Made by a program: the position numbers and the translations under genes. Positions 37,701 through 45,156 of a stretch of 45,156 nt of DNA are shown here, piece by piece. Below the pieces are notes generated by a model, which worked only from the letters and a program-made list of their open reading frames with translations, was not told where the DNA came from and did no database searches. Source of the DNA: an uncultured Collinsella sp. (GTDB taxonomy: Bacteria > Actinomycetota > Coriobacteriia > Coriobacteriales > Coriobacteriaceae); the NCBI GenBank assembly GCA_900752275.1, contig CAADUS010000012.1:1-45156 (forward strand). Direction: 5' to 3'. Each line of letters starts with the position of its first letter. The stretch's first letter is position 1.

Positions 37701-40700
37701 GCAGCACGAGGCTAAGGGCGTCGAGACCAACGAGTTCACGGTCGAGGGCAATACCTACACCGTCTCTGGGCTCGACACTGAAGACCCCGCAGAGACTAAC
37801 GCCGGCACCTACGGCAACAACATCTCGGGGACGCCCGTGGTCAAGGACGCTAATGACAACGACGTCTCGAGTGAGTTCGCCGTTAAGACCGAGGGCGGAT
37901 CCCTGGTCATCAACAGGGCGCCCGTCACCATGAAGTCCGCTTCCGGTGAGTGGACCTACGACGGTTCTGAGCACACCAAGCACGAGATGGAGAGCGTTAC
38001 CGGCTTCGCCGAGGGTGAGGGCGCGACTTATAGCTATAGCGGCGCCATCACCAATGCCGGCACCGTCGATAACGCCTTCACCTACACATTTAACGGCAAT
38101 ACCGATGCGGACAACTACACCATCGCGGGGCCTCAGTACGGCACCCTTAAGGTGAACCCTGTTTCCGACAAGGTCACCGTTACTATCAAGGGCCACCAGG
38201 ATACCAAGCCGTACAACGGCTTTGAGCAGAGCGTGACCGGGTATGACTTCTCTGCCAACAACGCTCTGTACAAGCAGGGTAACGTGAAGTTCGAGGGCGA
38301 CGCCATTGCCAAGGGCGCCAATGTCGGTACCTACAACATGGGCCTGGATGCTTCTCAGTTCTCGAACGCCGACGCAAGCAACTTCTCTAACGTCGAGTTT
38401 GTCGTTGAGGACGGCTGGCTCAAGATCGACGGCGGTCAGATCGACGAGAACGGCGTCGCGTGGACTACGCAGGACGCTCAGAAGGTCTATGACGGCACAC
38501 CGCTTGCCGCCGCTACGGCAACCGCAATGGATAAATTCGGCAACGCTCTGAACGTCGAGTACAGCGCCGATGGCGGCGCGACGTGGACGAGCGACCCCGC
38601 CTCCATTACGCTCACGCACTTCGGGTATCTGCACGTGATGCTCCGCGCAACGGGCGCGAACTATGCCGATGGCCAGTACGCAACGAGCTTTGAGAGCGTC
38701 GCTATTACCAAGCGCCTGGTTACCCTGACTTCCGCGACCGATTCCAAGCCGTACGACGGGACTCCGCTCACTAACGATTCTGTGACCGCCACCCCCAAGG
38801 GCAAGGGCCTCGGCTTCGTCAACGGCGAAGGCGTGACCACCAGCGTCACGGGCTCCCAGACCGATAAGGGCGAAAGCGACAACATCTTTACCTACGGGTT
38901 CAACGAGGGAACGAACGCCGACGATTACTGGGTGACTACCAAGTACGGAAAGCTCATCGTTACCGCCGACGAGTATGAAGTCGTCGTCACGATCACCGAG
39001 CACAGCGGCAGCTTCGAGTACGACGGAACCGAGAAGTCGGTGTCCGGCCACGACTTCAAGGCGTCCAACGACCTGTACAAGAAGGACGACTTTGTCTTTA
39101 GCGGCGACGATACCGTTAAGGGCACCGATGTCGGCACCTATGACATGGAGCTGAAGCCTTCTGACTTCGCCAACAAGAATGACAACTTCTCGAAGGTGAC
39201 GTTCGTTGTCGAGGACGGTCAGCTGACCATCAAGCCCAAGAGCATCGTTCCCGACCCGGACGACAAGACAAACAAGATGTCTGTTGAGGCCCCGGCCGAT
39301 GTCGTTTACAACGGTCAGGTCCAGCAGCAGAAGCCCGTGGTCAAGGACGGCGAGAAGACCCTCGTCGAAGGTGTTGATTACAAGCTCGCCTATAGCGACG
39401 ATGCCACCAACGCCGGCATCGTGACCGTGACGATCGAGGGCATAGGCAACTACACCGGCAAGACCGAAGTGAGCTATCAGATCACCAAGCGTCAGGTCTC
39501 GCTGAAGTCCGAGAGCGGCACCAAGGTCTACGACGGCATGCCGCTCACCAAACCTGAGGTCTCCGGCTGGCAGCAGGACGGCGACGCCGGTTTCGTCTCC
39601 GGTGAGGTCTCCGACGTTAAGGCGACCGGCTCCGTCACCAATTACAATGACGCCGCCAACAAGGTGGAGCGCAACAACACCATCGTCTATACCGCCAGCG
39701 AGAAGTTCAACGAGAACAACTACGTCATCACCAAGGACGAGGGCACCCTGCGCATCACGCTGCTCTCCGCGGAGAACGACATAACCCTCAAGCCCAGCAA
39801 CGTCGAGTATGTCTACGACAGCGATTCCCACCCTGCGGGTGTCGCGACTGCCGAGGCCTCTGTTGCCGGTACCGAGGTGCACCTCGAGTACCGTCTCAAG
39901 GGTTCCGCTGACAACGAGTGGCGCAGCGACCCCGCTTCCATCAAGCAGGTGAACGCCGGCACGTACACGGTTGAGGTCCGTGCTTGGGCCCTTAACTACG
40001 ACGGCTACAAGACCGCCGAGGAGACCCTCGTCATCAACAAGCGCGATGTCGAGCTGACGTCCGCCAGCGCCTCCAAGGTCTACGACGGCACCGCTCTTAC
40101 CAAGGATTGGGTCGATATGGGCCCGAACCGTGCGGGCACCGGTTTCATTTGGACCGATCTCGCAGGCGATGGGCAGGTCCACGCTACCGGCTCCCAGACC
40201 GAGGTCGGCAAGAGCGACAACACCATTTCTTATCAGCTGAAGGACGGCGCGGCCAACAACTATAACGTTATGGGCGAGCACCTTGGCACCCTTGAGGTGA
40301 CCGCTCAGTCCATCGTGCCCGACCCGGAGAACCCGGACAGCTATAAGGGCATTAGCATCAGCGACCCCTCCGATTCCGTCTATAACGGCATGGAGCACAA
40401 GTGGGCTCCCGAGGTCAAGGATGCCAGCGGCGCTGCGCTTACCGAGGACGCTGACTATACGGTCACCTACGACACGGACGACTTCACTAATGTGAAGACC
40501 GTCACCGTCACCATCAAGGGCATCGGGAACTACGCCGGGACCGCGACGAAGGCGTACAAGATCACCCCGGCACCTCTTACCGTGAACGCAAAGAGCGTGT
40601 CCAAGGTCTATGACGGAACGGCCCTGACCGCCGGCGGCACCATCGAGGGCCTTGTCAACGGCGAGACCGCGACCGCCAAGACCGAGGGCTCCCAGACCGA

Positions 40701-43700
40701 GGTCGGCACCTCCGACAACAAGGTCGCCGGCATCGAGTGGGGCACCGCGTCCGAGGGCAATTATCAGGTCGTCTCCCAGAACGACGGCGTTCTGACCGTC
40801 ACGGCAAAGAGCATCGTCCCCGATCCAGACGACGAGAACAACAAGATGACGGTCGGCACGCTTCCGAACGTCACGTACAACGGCGCCGAGCAGGCCCAGA
40901 AGCCTGAGGTCAAGGACGGCGAGAAGACCCTTGAGGAGGGTGTCGACTATGACCTCGCCTTCTCGGCCGACAAGACCAATGTCGGGACCGTGACCGTGAC
41001 CGTGACCGGCAAGGGCAACTATGCAGGCAGCGTCGAAGTGAAGTACCAGATCACTCCTGCTACGCTGATCGTGCGGACCCCGTCCGGCTCTAAGGTCTAC
41101 AACGGCCAGGCACTCACCGCAGGGGGCGACATCGCCGGTTTCGTCAACGGCGAGACCGCCGACTTCCGGACGACCGGCTCCCAGACCGAGGTCGGCTCCA
41201 GCACCAACACCTACGCCATCGATTGGTCCGGAACTGCCAAGCAGTCCAACTACATCATCAGCGAGCGGCTCGGCACCCTCACCGTTACCGAGTCCACCGA
41301 CGTCATCGTTGCCACTCCTGGTAACTACAACGGCATCTATGACGGCAAGGCGCACAGCGTCGACGTCGCCGTGACCGGCCTGCCCGAGGGCTACTCGGTC
41401 AAGACGGCTCACTCCGACGCGACAGCAACCGATGTGACCGTTGGCGAGGTTGTTACCGCTAACGTCGACGAGCTCGTCATCGTCAACGCGCAGGGCGAGG
41501 ACGTCACGGATAAGCTCAACATCACCAAGGAGACCGGCTCGATCAAGATCGCGCCCGCCACGCTCAACGTGACGACGCGCGGCGCGAGCAAGGAGTACGA
41601 CGGCACCGCTCTCACCGCCGAGGGCAAGATCTCCGGCTTTGTCGACGGCGAGACCGCGGCGTTCTCCGTGACCGGCTCCCAGACCACCGTTGGCACGAGC
41701 GCCAATACCTATACCATCGACTGGAACGACAACGCCAAGAAGTCCAACTACACCATCTCCGAGCAGCGCGGCATCCTCGAAGTCACCCAGAGCACGGCTG
41801 GCATCGTCGTAGTGCCCCAAGGCGCCAGCAAGGCGTATGACGGCGCCGAGCTCACGAGCGCGGGCGTGACCACGTACGGGCTGCCCGCCGGCTATACGCT
41901 CGAGGCCACGACCAAGGGCTCCATCACTAATGTCGGCAACACCACCGCGGAAGTCGACTCCTATACCATCAAGAACGCCGCAGGCGAGGACGTGACCGAC
42001 CAGTTCGGTAACGTTTCCACCGGCAAGGCGACCCTTGAGGTCACCAGGCGTCCCGTGACCGTTGCCTCTGCGAGCGACTCCAAGGTTTATGAAGGCTCTG
42101 CGCTTACCAAGCACGAGGCTAATGTGACCGAGGGCTCGCTTGTCGATGGCGAGAGCTTTGCCTACGACTTCAGCGGCGAGCAGACCACCGTGGGCAGCTC
42201 TTCGAACGCTTACATGATTAAGGCCGGGGAGAACACCGACCTGAACAACTACGAGATCAGCAAGGTTGACGGCACCCTCACGGTGACCGCCCAGTCCATC
42301 GACCCGGACGACCCGACCCCCGGCGCCTATGACGGCGTCAAGGTCGACAGCCCGAGCGACGTCGTCTACGACGGCCACGAGCACAAGTGGGTCCCGACCG
42401 TCACCGACAAGTCCGGCCGTGAGCTCGTCGCCGGCGCCGACTACGACGTGACCTACGGCACCGATGACTTCACCAACGTCACCGGCACCATTACCGTGAC
42501 CATCACCGGCAAGGGCAACTACACCGAAACGGTGACGCGTACCTATCAGATCACGCCCGCCGCGGTCGCCCTCAGCTCCAACTCGCGTGAGTTCACCTAC
42601 ACCGGCGAGCCTCAGGGCGACGCCACGGTGAGCGTCTCCGGCGCGGCCGAGCTCTTCAAGAGCCAGGTCAACGACCTCGAGGCTACCGGTAGGGTGACTA
42701 CCGTTGCCGAGGGCAAGGTCGCGAACCCGATCTCCTACAGCTGGAAGGACGGCTTCACCGCCAGCAACTTCAGCATCGAGACCAGCTTCGGCCAGCTCTC
42801 GATCAAGGCCAAGGACATCACGCCCACCGGCGAGAACGGCATGAGCGTCGACGCCCCCGCCGACGTCACGTACAACGGCAACGACCAGACCTGGACCCCG
42901 ACCGTCAAGGACGACGACAAGACCCTCGTCGCAGGCACTGACTACGCGGTGTCTTACAGTACCGAGGACCGTACCAACGTTACCGGCCTCATCACCGTGA
43001 CGATCAAGGGCCTCGGCAACTACACCGGCGAGGTCACCCGCACCTACCAGGTCAACCCGAAGGGGTACTCGGTCGCGACCCAGTCCGACTCCAAGGTCTA
43101 CGACGGCAAGGCGCTCACCGCCTCCGGCGAGGTCAAGGGCCTTGTCAACGCCGCCGACGCCACCTTCGCGGTGACCGGCTCCCAGACCGAGGTCGGCTCC
43201 TCCAGCAACAGCTACGCGCTCAACTTCTCGAGCGACCAGATGGCCAAGAACTACAAGCTCGATGCGGAGAGCGTCGGCACCTTGACCGTCTCCGAGAGCG
43301 CCGAGGAGATCGTCGTCACCACCACGGGCGGCACCTTCACCTACGACGGCCAGGCCCACGGCGCTACCGTCACGGTGAGCCAGCTGCCCGAGGGCTACAC
43401 CGTCGAGGCCGCTGAGTCCTCGGCGAACGCGACCGACGTCACGACCGACGACGTCGCCGCCACGGCCGACAAACTCGTTATCCGCAACGCTGAGGGCAAG
43501 GATGTCACGTCCAAGCTCAACGTCAGGAGGGTTGACGGCGTCATCAAGGTGACCCCCGCCACGCTCACGGTGACCACGCCGAGCGCGACCAAGATTTACG
43601 ACGGCACCGCGCTCACGACCGACGCGGCGGACGCGACCTACGAGGGCCTCCAGAACGGCGAGACCTTGAACTTCCGCATGACCGGCTTCCAGACCGAGGT

Positions 43701-45156
43701 CGGCGGCGAGAAGAGCAACAACACCTACGCCATCGACTGGACCGGCACGGCCAAGCAGTCCAACTACTCCATCTCCGAGAACCTCGGCACCCTCACCGTG
43801 ACCTCCCAGTCCGTCAACCCTGACGACCCGTCCTACAGGGGCGTCAGGGTCGAGGCGCCTGCGGACGTCGTCTACAACGGAACTTCTCAGCAGCAGAAGC
43901 CCACCGTCACGGACAAGGACGGCAACGTCCTCACTGAGGGCACCGACTACGAGCTGTCCTTCTCTGAGGACACGACCAATGTCGGCACCGTCACCGTGAC
44001 CGTGACGGGCAAGGGCAACTACGACGGCAGCATCGACGTGACCTACAAGATCACGCCTGCTCCGCTGAGCGTCTCCACTGCATCTGCCTCCAAGACCTAT
44101 GACGGAACGCCGCTTGCCAAGACCGACGGCTGGACGCTCGATGGTCTCCAGAACGGCGAGACCGCAACGGTCGAGGCCAACGGTTCCATCACCGAGGTCG
44201 GCAGCGCAAAGAACACCTATGCGATTGCGTGGGGCAGCGCCCAGGCCAGCAACTACGAGATCACGTCCGAGTCCCTCGGCGACCTCAGCGTCACGGCCAA
44301 GGACATCACCCCCACCGACGAGAACGGCATGAGCGTCGACGCGCCCGAGAACGTCGTCTACGATGGCAAGGCCCACCAGTGGTCGCCTACCGTGGCCGAC
44401 GGTGAGAAGACGCTTGCCGAGGGCACCGACTACACGGTCTCCTACAGCACCGACGACTTCACCAACGTCACCGGCGCCATAACCGTGACCATCTCCGGCA
44501 AAGGCAACTACTCCGGCACCGTCACCCGTGCCTATGAGGTCACGCCCGCCCCGCTGACCGTCGCGACCGGCTCCGACTCCTTCGTCTACGACGGCACCGC
44601 CCACACCGTGGCCGACGGCTCGGTCGAGGGCGTCGTCGAGGGCGAGACCTATAGCTTCAAGACCACCGGTTCCCAGACCGAGGTCGGCAGCTCCGAGAAC
44701 ACCTACGAGCTCACCTTCGACGGCACTGCCAAGGCCGGTAACTACGAGATCGTGTCCGAGAAGCTGGGCACCATCACGGTGTCCGACTCTGCCGAGGAGG
44801 TCGTCGTCACCACCACAGGCGGCACCTTCACCTACGACGGCCAGGCCCACGGCGCCACCGTCAACGTGGCTAACGTGCCCGCCGGCTATACCGTTGAGAC
44901 CGCGGAGTCCTCCGCCACGGCGACCGACGTCACGACTGACGACGTCGCTGCCACGGCCGACGCGCTCGTGATCCGCAACGCCCGGGGCGAGGACGTCACG
45001 TCCAGGCTCAACATCAAGAAGGTCGACGGCGCCATCATGGTGCCCCCCGCCACCGCTAAGGTCACCACCCCGAGCGCCTCCAAGGCCTACGACGGCTCCG
45101 CGCTCGCGGCCGAGGGCTCCCTCACCGGCCTCGTCGCCGGCGAGACGGCAACCCTC
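31789..45156 (+). CDS. Giant repeat-rich cell-surface protein/adhesin, >4456 aa, 3'-truncated by the window
   Basis: ATG 31789 after GAGGTGG. Frame 1 reads MKKNAHDQNNRR...VGRKAFSVVMSGLLVWSLWPANATVAIA (signal peptide) and is still in frame at the window end (LTGLVAGETATL). The track lists no stop-terminated ORF in this frame, and long antisense shadow ORFs cover it. Contains a Pro/Glu tract, Big_2-like, InlB-B-like and MucBP-like modules and many K.YDG/GSQT.VG.S.N repeats. Confidence 0.92.
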   Translation, partial: MKKNAHDQNNRRPGEASVGRKAFSVVMSGLLVWSLWPANATVAIADELTGGEEVAAQAEPEPQAEETPVQEVESAPEPEPEPEPEPQPEPEPQAEPAPAPEPQAPAAAAQEEPEQEVDQTPKQADVALDLGNATLVYSGQNLNSPSTKLTVPTSADLKFTVAAHDGYELKRVRANIGGSVSELNADANGVYTVSAAQLLEGVGITLGAEEIPQKDEQTSADATPIDATSVISADEQGAGTISGENTVAQGDSITLTYNGDMTIYDWYGGDGLFPGWDVSSDKKTLKLTATDNWAFNGSSKTTTIYLGYIDKQGVWHNQGDDRLKFDVTVTKRGFTVVTPEPVAEGEDHFWIPQIRDNETGDIINLEGNKDGDAPAGAYTLEYYRDGVKIQNASQYWHDANEFKKPGTYTVVVKPNSGWIYDFGDSGSITITIPTAGQDNNGNSNGGTDSSNGDTNHVLPTQPAKSVAISGSDTVAQFSSTRLTATVDPQGASGTFEWSSSNDDILTVDNNGNVTGVRQGTATVTVTFKNDADGSTVTASKDVTVVATSTSTDRATVYYLLDPTKDANSNDQGNWGPAYGIATVNTNGATWSGNRNCFDNVDQRVVSWPNGTNIVLRNSSAWKQIYQNYKATIQAQLPGVNFTEDDVEEISLVPAKISRNNGTNPDKHLDCNVSIKCKNVSLVKYYLRDAGSTQFTQKGSKNYVSGSTTKPSDVTNEQFPSTKKVGGTTYTFSGWYLDQNFTQPVTFPYTVNGSVNFYAKYVGGFQVIYDLDGGTWGNSDATMYSAQEGSTQTVKSEPTREGCKFTGWTVEGLPDTTTINSGATFTMPAGNVTIKANWQKLESYVVKYQEVGTNDELADSVTCYGEKGVKQTETAKTIDGYHLVNNGEQYCPDTIEHTFDEGDNTVIFWYEKDAAEYTVNYYLNGTEQKVADFETKSAAWGSEIKASDVAKSISGYTAVPDQDAAITVNRHGNNIINVYYYQNVDLTANSDTKTYNGKEQSVSGFTGAPGGADFSAIQVGASGTNAGSYPANFADGTIGTVDGSGKYIVNSVQNGRLVINPVTDEVTITVTGHNGGEKYNGNEQTVTGYDVSGLPAGMSEDDIKFSGTAEAKGTDAGTYAMGLNESQFSTSNGNYTNVKFNITDGELSIAKRTVVLTSEDGHKNYDGKTIRRRTDVGKNVGGDGFVGDDSVLSKDKLTWYDENNILPGEYENKFDPAYTPSTNLDNYDVQLVFGKLVVNARSDKDKYQVTVTASSDTKTYDGNEHTVSGVTGTTYTNDKGATFTIEGLSATASGTDAGTYENKVTGTPVVKDANGNDVTSQFNVTTQDGSLTIEKREVTIKPQDASKTYDGSALVATDWEVAPGSANQFVSGQGIADPKFSGSQTEPGASNSSISEWGYQDGTKADNYNIKTAEGTLNVTSRGATETITVEANSAKATYDGSEHSAKGLKTNKFTVDGHEYTVSGLTTEDPAQTDAGTYTNNITGVAKVTDDAGHDVTSEFKVETKNGTLSIARAEATIAPKDASKPYDGQPLFATEFTSTGFVGNDGVTNVTFGGSQTEAGKSESSIVSYEAADGTSLNNYNITKGNGNLEVTASEAEVVVKVRGNSKSEKYNGVEQGVSGYTVTGVTVDGQDYAQYGAVAGADFTFSGTDTAKRTDAGTTGMGLKAEQFTNINKNFSNVTFEVEDGSMTVTKREVTLTSATDSKTYDGTALTNSNVVASGDGFVDGQGFKADVTGSQTNAGSSDNVFTYKLTGGATEGEGGNYVITKKEGKLTVDPIQTQIVVTIVGKTASATYDGKEHKAEGYSFSSNNNLFTEDKVSFSGASEASRTDAGKTDMGLKAEQFSSADATNFTNVVFDVTDGYVDIAKRDVTLKSADLSKPYDGTALTNGETALETEKGFVEGQGATYEFTGSQTLVGSSANAFSYKLKDNTKADNYNIAKTEGALTVTNRDAKYEITVKANSTTVTYDGKQHEAKGVETNEFTVEGNTYTVSGLDTEDPAETNAGTYGNNISGTPVVKDANDNDVSSEFAVKTEGGSLVINRAPVTMKSASGEWTYDGSEHTKHEMESVTGFAEGEGATYSYSGAITNAGTVDNAFTYTFNGNTDADNYTIAGPQYGTLKVNPVSDKVTVTIKGHQDTKPYNGFEQSVTGYDFSANNALYKQGNVKFEGDAIAKGANVGTYNMGLDASQFSNADASNFSNVEFVVEDGWLKIDGGQIDENGVAWTTQDAQKVYDGTPLAAATATAMDKFGNALNVEYSADGGATWTSDPASITLTHFGYLHVMLRATGANYADGQYATSFESVAITKRLVTLTSATDSKPYDGTPLTNDSVTATPKGKGLGFVNGEGVTTSVTGSQTDKGESDNIFTYGFNEGTNADDYWVTTKYGKLIVTADEYEVVVTITEHSGSFEYDGTEKSVSGHDFKASNDLYKKDDFVFSGDDTVKGTDVGTYDMELKPSDFANKNDNFSKVTFVVEDGQLTIKPKSIVPDPDDKTNKMSVEAPADVVYNGQVQQQKPVVKDGEKTLVEGVDYKLAYSDDATNAGIVTVTIEGIGNYTGKTEVSYQITKRQVSLKSESGTKVYDGMPLTKPEVSGWQQDGDAGFVSGEVSDVKATGSVTNYNDAANKVERNNTIVYTASEKFNENNYVITKDEGTLRITLLSAENDITLKPSNVEYVYDSDSHPAGVATAEASVAGTEVHLEYRLKGSADNEWRSDPASIKQVNAGTYTVEVRAWALNYDGYKTAEETLVINKRDVELTSASASKVYDGTALTKDWVDMGPNRAGTGFIWTDLAGDGQVHATGSQTEVGKSDNTISYQLKDGAANNYNVMGEHLGTLEVTAQSIVPDPENPDSYKGISISDPSDSVYNGMEHKWAPEVKDASGAALTEDADYTVTYDTDDFTNVKTVTVTIKGIGNYAGTATKAYKITPAPLTVNAKSVSKVYDGTALTAGGTIEGLVNGETATAKTEGSQTEVGTSDNKVAGIEWGTASEGNYQVVSQNDGVLTVTAKSIVPDPDDENNKMTVGTLPNVTYNGAEQAQKPEVKDGEKTLEEGVDYDLAFSADKTNVGTVTVTVTGKGNYAGSVEVKYQITPATLIVRTPSGSKVYNGQALTAGGDIAGFVNGETADFRTTGSQTEVGSSTNTYAIDWSGTAKQSNYIISERLGTLTVTESTDVIVATPGNYNGIYDGKAHSVDVAVTGLPEGYSVKTAHSDATATDVTVGEVVTANVDELVIVNAQGEDVTDKLNITKETGSIKIAPATLNVTTRGASKEYDGTALTAEGKISGFVDGETAAFSVTGSQTTVGTSANTYTIDWNDNAKKSNYTISEQRGILEVTQSTAGIVVVPQGASKAYDGAELTSAGVTTYGLPAGYTLEATTKGSITNVGNTTAEVDSYTIKNAAGEDVTDQFGNVSTGKATLEVTRRPVTVASASDSKVYEGSALTKHEANVTEGSLVDGESFAYDFSGEQTTVGSSSNAYMIKAGENTDLNNYEISKVDGTLTVTAQSIDPDDPTPGAYDGVKVDSPSDVVYDGHEHKWVPTVTDKSGRELVAGADYDVTYGTDDFTNVTGTITVTITGKGNYTETVTRTYQITPAAVALSSNSREFTYTGEPQGDATVSVSGAAELFKSQVNDLEATGRVTTVAEGKVANPISYSWKDGFTASNFSIETSFGQLSIKAKDITPTGENGMSVDAPADVTYNGNDQTWTPTVKDDDKTLVAGTDYAVSYSTEDRTNVTGLITVTIKGLGNYTGEVTRTYQVNPKGYSVATQSDSKVYDGKALTASGEVKGLVNAADATFAVTGSQTEVGSSSNSYALNFSSDQMAKNYKLDAESVGTLTVSESAEEIVVTTTGGTFTYDGQAHGATVTVSQLPEGYTVEAAESSANATDVTTDDVAATADKLVIRNAEGKDVTSKLNVRRVDGVIKVTPATLTVTTPSATKIYDGTALTTDAADATYEGLQNGETLNFRMTGFQTEVGGEKSNNTYAIDWTGTAKQSNYSISENLGTLTVTSQSVNPDDPSYRGVRVEAPADVVYNGTSQQQKPTVTDKDGNVLTEGTDYELSFSEDTTNVGTVTVTVTGKGNYDGSIDVTYKITPAPLSVSTASASKTYDGTPLAKTDGWTLDGLQNGETATVEANGSITEVGSAKNTYAIAWGSAQASNYEITSESLGDLSVTAKDITPTDENGMSVDAPENVVYDGKAHQWSPTVADGEKTLAEGTDYTVSYSTDDFTNVTGAITVTISGKGNYSGTVTRAYEVTPAPLTVATGSDSFVYDGTAHTVADGSVEGVVEGETYSFKTTGSQTEVGSSENTYELTFDGTAKAGNYEIVSEKLGTITVSDSAEEVVVTTTGGTFTYDGQAHGATVNVANVPAGYTVETAESSATATDVTTDDVAATADALVIRNARGEDVTSRLNIKKVDGAIMVPPATAKVTTPSASKAYDGSALAAEGSLTGLVAGETATL

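Noticed and set aside
31774..44850. Minus-strand ORFs of 460, 1036 and 2747 aa
   Set aside because: Antisense shadows of the giant plus-strand gene, with no recognisable motifs.
31789..45156. Giant adhesin as a second DGR target
   Set aside because: No TR-like sequence was noticed in it by eye, and its C-terminus is outside the window. A BLASTN with TR would settle this.

Overview
High-GC window whose gene content looks like a gut Coriobacteriia (Actinomycetota); the taxon is inferred. 1) 1-~5420 is the right end of a prophage. It carries a diversity-generating retroelement (DGR) in the order target gene 3' end/VR - hairpins - avd-like gene - TR - reverse transcriptase; VR and TR differ at 12 of 120 aligned positions, all at TR adenines. 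A lysis cassette and a candidate attR resembling a tRNA 3' end follow. 2) 5.6-26.3 kb is mostly host backbone: C-N hydrolase, ComEC/Rec2-like MBL hydrolase, an alpha-glucoside PTS operon with antiterminator and RAT-like leader, two tandem helical-repeat paralogues, Fe-ADH, murE, tRNA-Val, rph, rdgB, nagB, M24 peptidase, veg, ispE, tRNA-Pro, a transglutaminase-like gene and a deletion-fused pseudogene. Long REP-like palindromes sit between these genes. 3) 26.4-31.5 kb (- strand) is a compact seven-gene type IV filament-like operon: transglutaminase-like lipoprotein, PilC-like platform, four atypical pilin-like genes and a PilT-like ATPase, with no PilB or prepilin peptidase. 4) Divergent from it, a >13.3 kb ORF (>4450 aa, missing from the ORF track) encodes a giant repeat-rich surface protein that runs off the window. 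All family calls come from motif recognition by eye, not database searches.
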